Source of the DNA: Perkinsus chesapeaki ATCC PRA-425
Taxonomy: Eukaryota > Protista > Perkinsozoa
Reading direction: 5' to 3'
DNA: 64,000 bases
Assembly (NCBI GenBank): GCA_013115145.1
Contig: JAAPAO010000114.1
Coordinates: forward strand, 1 to 64,000
Part shown: piece by piece, positions 59,808 through 64,000 of the stretch
Position numbering within the stretch: position 1 is the stretch's first letter
How the letters are laid out: each line of letters starts with the position of its first letter
Program-made: the position numbers and the translations under genes
Notes under the pieces: generated by a model
What the model was told of the DNA's origin: nothing
The model's input: only the letters and a program-made list of their open reading frames with translations
Database searches by the model: none

Positions 59808-62800
59808 ATGTTTGTCATAGCTCGACGGTTGAGTATTGGACGGATAAGGGGTAGACGGCAGTTATCCACGACGAGTAATAAGAAGGACCCATACAGTATC
59901 ATGGGGCTCTCACCAGCAGCGTCACATAAGGAAATTAAGGAAAAGTTCAGAGAGCTTGCGAAAAAGTAATAATTACGGCGACATGATCTCTATCTTATTA
60001 TATAATTGTAAAGCGGTATTTATATTATAAAGCGGTAAGATATTTTTCAACGTCCATCGCTCTTGACCCTTTTCATTGGGTACCTTTCGGAAACCTCGGC
60101 ACTGATTACAACGTCCAGTGCATAATCACTGCTCCTGGTAGAATGCTCCATTCGGAATGCTTCTCGCTCCTCCAGATGGCGTCGTAAATGCTATAATATG
60201 TAGCTACGTCGCAGAGAAGGTGGTGTGCCCTACATCACTAACTAGCAAAACTCCTGCAGTTAGATGGAGACCATAGAGATTCTTCATAGTGTCTTCAATT
60301 GTATGGACCCCTGCGCAGGGTCGAAAATGCACAAGGCAAGTTTTCTGAGGGTTAGGGTTGGGTGACTTGGATCTCATCGGAGGGGTTAGCAAGTAAAAAA
60401 GACTCATTTCACGAAGGGAAATAAATCGATAACCTAGATGCCCGAAGAAATGGGCAGATACCACCCCGATCGCAATCCGGATGACCCGGAGGCACAGACT
60501 CGAATGGCGAGTCTAACTGATGCATACGCGATATTAACGGACCCCAAAAAACGGGCAATGCATGATAGAGAGCAACGGGATACGCGAAATGGTAGGAGGG
60601 AGGTGCATTCGATGGAAGTCTAATGTATGGAGCAGGGTCCAGTGGGAGTACTACAGCAAGTAGCACTGGTGCAGCAAGTAATGCAGGGGACTGGCATCAC
60701 GATCCTAGTCAGATGTTCAGCGAATTCTCTAAAGTGATACAGAGGGGTATTCATTCAGAAATGATAGGGAAGATTGGTAGGTATTCGGACGACAGGCAAA
60801 GTATCGTCAAGCAGGACAGGTTTCACAGCGAGGAGATGATATCACTACCGAGATTGAGGTGGGCATGAAATTGTCAATTTCAAATTGACCGTTATTCGGA
60901 GCTATCGACTGCCTAACTCAGCGGAGCTATATAATTCCCTTACCAGATACTTTCTTGTAGTACTCAACAAAATGGAACTATTTCAGTCTTATATACGTAT
61001 GTTCTAACCTTGATCGGCTATCAGTGTTCGCTTAGTCCAATTGCAGCTGATTATTTGTTCTTCAACAGATAAGGACGTAAGTTAGCGCTATTAACCTACG
61101 TGTTTAGTATTCATTGTAATTTGCGAAGTAGAAGATTAAGCACTGACGACAAGCTTCCGTTTCCTATACCGATATCATCTTAATATGGTTGTTAGGTGTC
61201 GTTTATGGAGGCCATGCGAGGAAGCACAAGAACAGTGGCGCTATCATGCCGACAGGGATGTGATACTTGTAATGGTAGTGGTGCAGCAGCTGGCACGGGA
61301 TGGACCATGTAGATAGATCGGCGGCCGGTGGCGAATTAACGAATTGAATCAGGTGCCGACAATGCAAAGGAACGGGAACTGTGCGGGTTGAGAGAGGAAT
61401 CATGACAATGGGTAATAGTTACTGGGATTCTCTGGCCGATTCAACTTCCTAACTGTAAGTGGTCTTGATAACTCCCAAGAAGAGACTAACCCCATGTAAA
61501 CGAAAATGACAGGTTTCGAATGGTGTGAGTCTCGGGTCCCATGTTGATAGGTATGTTCCTTAGTTAATTACCACCCTGCTTTGCTCCTAGTTCAACTGTT
61601 TTGGACTGCCATGAAATACAGCTTCAACATTTTCCTCAATTCCATGGTCTTGTGAAGTTTAAGGCTTGGTCCTTAACTCTCTCATTTTGTCAGGGATGCC
61701 GTGTAATACGTGCTCGGGTTCCGGTCAGACTTTGGACCACCCGTGCCGAAGTTGTAGAGGGGAAGGAGCGATGGTTCGTCGAAAAGATGTAGTTTATCTA
61801 GAATATTGGTTAAGATGACGTTAGACATTTCCATTTAAGGTGCTTGTATCTATACCTGCTGGGGCACGGCAGTTTACTGAATTGCGGTTACCTGGTTTGG
61901 GCCACTGTGGATTGCGTGGAGGGAGAAGTGGCGATTTGTTTGTTACTATAAAAGTGAAGGAGCATGATAGGTTCCGGCGAGTTGATGAAGATGTAATAAC
62001 TTGTGGAGAGCTGGATCAGCTTGGCGCTTTTTAACCATCAATTCCTAGTGCAGTAGTTTTTCGACCAGACACTCTCAGTATCTTACGGTTTCCTTGCCGA
62101 TCGGACAAGATAACATGGAGCAAATATTTAATCGTGCTATGTACAGGAAGTCACGATGAGTTCCTGTGACTTCCTATCATCATTGATGACTCATCAAGAG
62201 ATGACTCAGTCATCTGTTGTTTTCATACACGTATTCCCCGGCTTCCAATGCGGAGATAAAATGGGAACTGTGATAGGTAACATGTTCCTAAAGGAAATAG
62301 CAAATACTGATGTTACCCTATTACTGATTTGTACTTACTTTGATCAGGTGCATTTAACAGTACCGGTGACGCTCTGCCAAGCGCTTCTGGGTGGGACAGT
62401 AGAAATACCAAGCTTGACGTCAGACAAGGATATAATCAAATTACAGATTCCCCCTAATACCCTGCCTGGTATTTAGAATTTGTTGAGTCATGGCATGAGC
62501 ATTTCGGTAACTAATTATCCTGCTCCCTTAGGAAATAGTCGCATAATCCGTGGAAAAGGACCACCCAAGTTGATTGCCGGTAAGTCGGTAAGCAAGGCGG
62601 CTTCTTCGGTCCTCGGTGAGGCAGATAAATCCCTTCAATCGCTCCCGGTTGCGATTTTATCACCACTGTTCCACTGCATAGGTTGGATGAATGTTTAGTG
62701 ACATGCTTCCTTACAGGATCCTCAACCGATTCGTCCTCTAATCCAAGAGGGAATTTAGTGCTACACTTTTCGCTGTCACTGCCTGAGAGATTGTCTCCAC

Positions 62801-62913
62801 GTCAAGAGGCTATCATAAGAGAGTTCGATGAGATCGAGCAAGAGGCTAGGCATCGGAGATCAAGCGGCGGTCGTACAGAAAATACTAGCCAGGTGATATT
62901 CATTGCTCCTTGA
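59808..62913 (+). CDS. dnaJ: Type I DnaJ/Hsp40, probably mitochondrial (Mdj1/Tid1-like), multi-exon
   Basis: J domain KDPYSIMG...FRELAK|KYHPDRNP. Four CxxCxGxG repeats (CDTCNGSG, CRQCKGTG, CNTCSGSG, CRSCRGEG). C-terminal domain GDLFVTIKV, QALLGGTVEIP. An Arg-rich presequence-like start at 59808 is one base out of frame. Confidence 0.9.
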
Positions 62914-64000
62914 GTTGTATTGCTTCCAAGCTGCATATTCGGGAATTAGTGCTGTGTGTCTGTGCTGTGCTCTCTACGTTATGTGGGGTTGTTTTAGGAT
63001 ACTAGTAGAAAGGCTGCAGCCACTGCTGAGTGATGACAGCTTACCGCCGGAAGTCATGTTTCTTGTTCAAGGTTTCTGAACTTGCCAAGCCTTAATTGCG
63101 TTGTCACTAACGGAGCTTGTGACTTCTGGGAAGTCGCTTTCCCGCGGAATCGTTGAGTCTGGATCGGCGTCGCCGGTTCGTCGATGCGGTTAGCCGTCAG
63201 TCAATCTTGGTCTGTCCAAGATAGTCAGGATGCAGAATCCGCGCCTGCTTTGCCGCGAAGCAGAAGCTAAAGCCGCTGCGGCTTCCAACCCATTTTATAT
63301 AGTGAAGTTTATGTTGACAAGGCCGCCTCTCACGGTAGGGTGGATCCCGCATTAGGTAATCCAAAAACCACCAAATCATCTGCGTATAATGAGGATCCAA
63401 ATGAGCCATGTTTCATTATTAGATTTAGCATCTGAATTGTCCAATGAAGGAATCAACCCAACCATGCGGCTCGCAGCACCTCGTGCTCCGGCACCTGAAT
63501 CACCGCTGAGTTAGCGGCGCTAACTCACCGATTCATACATAACGTAAGTAGTATCTAATATGGTATTGCCACAACAGGAAGGGAGCCCCAGATTTCGCCT
63601 TCCTGGGGCATGTTCCCCTCAGCGAATGAGGCCCTAAATACACAAACGTGTATTTACGGGGCCGGTCGATTGGCATCGGTCACTTTGACCAAATCGGTCA
63701 GACCGATGTGTGTAAACCAACAAACTAACGTTTTTGTTTAATGATATTACATTCATATGCAGAAATGGGTATCTCCATTGGCGATGAAGATACCATCACT
63801 GATGGTCCATCAGTTGAGGGGCGATGTATCATCCCTACCTTTAGTGGGATCATGAGACATTGAATGGTTGTCGTCAGTATAACTAATAGTTATTAACTAT
63901 CAACTATCTATAACTGCCGATGACTCATCGAAATATCCTGGAGATTCCAGTGAACTTCGTGCTATGACCAGAGCGGTTGTTTCCAAGTTGCCTCCCGAGC

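Overview
Eukaryotic (protist) genomic DNA: multi-exon genes with mostly short GT-AG introns, one tRNA and one N gap. Gene content and intron style fit a Perkinsus-like alveolate (inference, not verified). The clearest feature is a full-length ~6.2 kb tyrosine-recombinase retrotransposon (DIRS order, Ngaro/PAT-type) at 14936-21140. It has split direct repeats A1-gag-RT/RNaseH-YR-B1-A2-spacer-B2 and a CCCH (not CCHC) finger in Gag. A shared ATG trinucleotide at both ends and at the internal B1/A2 junction marks the likely crossover core. Host genes: a CCCH zinc-finger protein, a degenerate histone H4-like segment, a weak MCM10-like gene, a coiled-coil protein, an RCC1-repeat protein, aprataxin, two intronless secreted proteins, a GNAT-motif gene, an atypical PutA/P5CDH-like aldehyde dehydrogenase, an ankyrin+bromodomain protein, tRNA-Gly(TCC), a multi-KH protein and a type I DnaJ. 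One secreted protein is a phosphodiesterase-fold protein with lost metal ligands and a frameshift, and the aldehyde dehydrogenase lacks the catalytic Glu. Two further signals stand out: a cluster of orphan tRNA T-loop/B-box motifs inside introns at 45.9-55.1 kb, and an antisense intronless 480-codon ORF flanked by diverged direct repeats inside a 3.3 kb intron. All gene models were assembled by eye, no database searches were run, and exon boundaries and family calls need confirmation.
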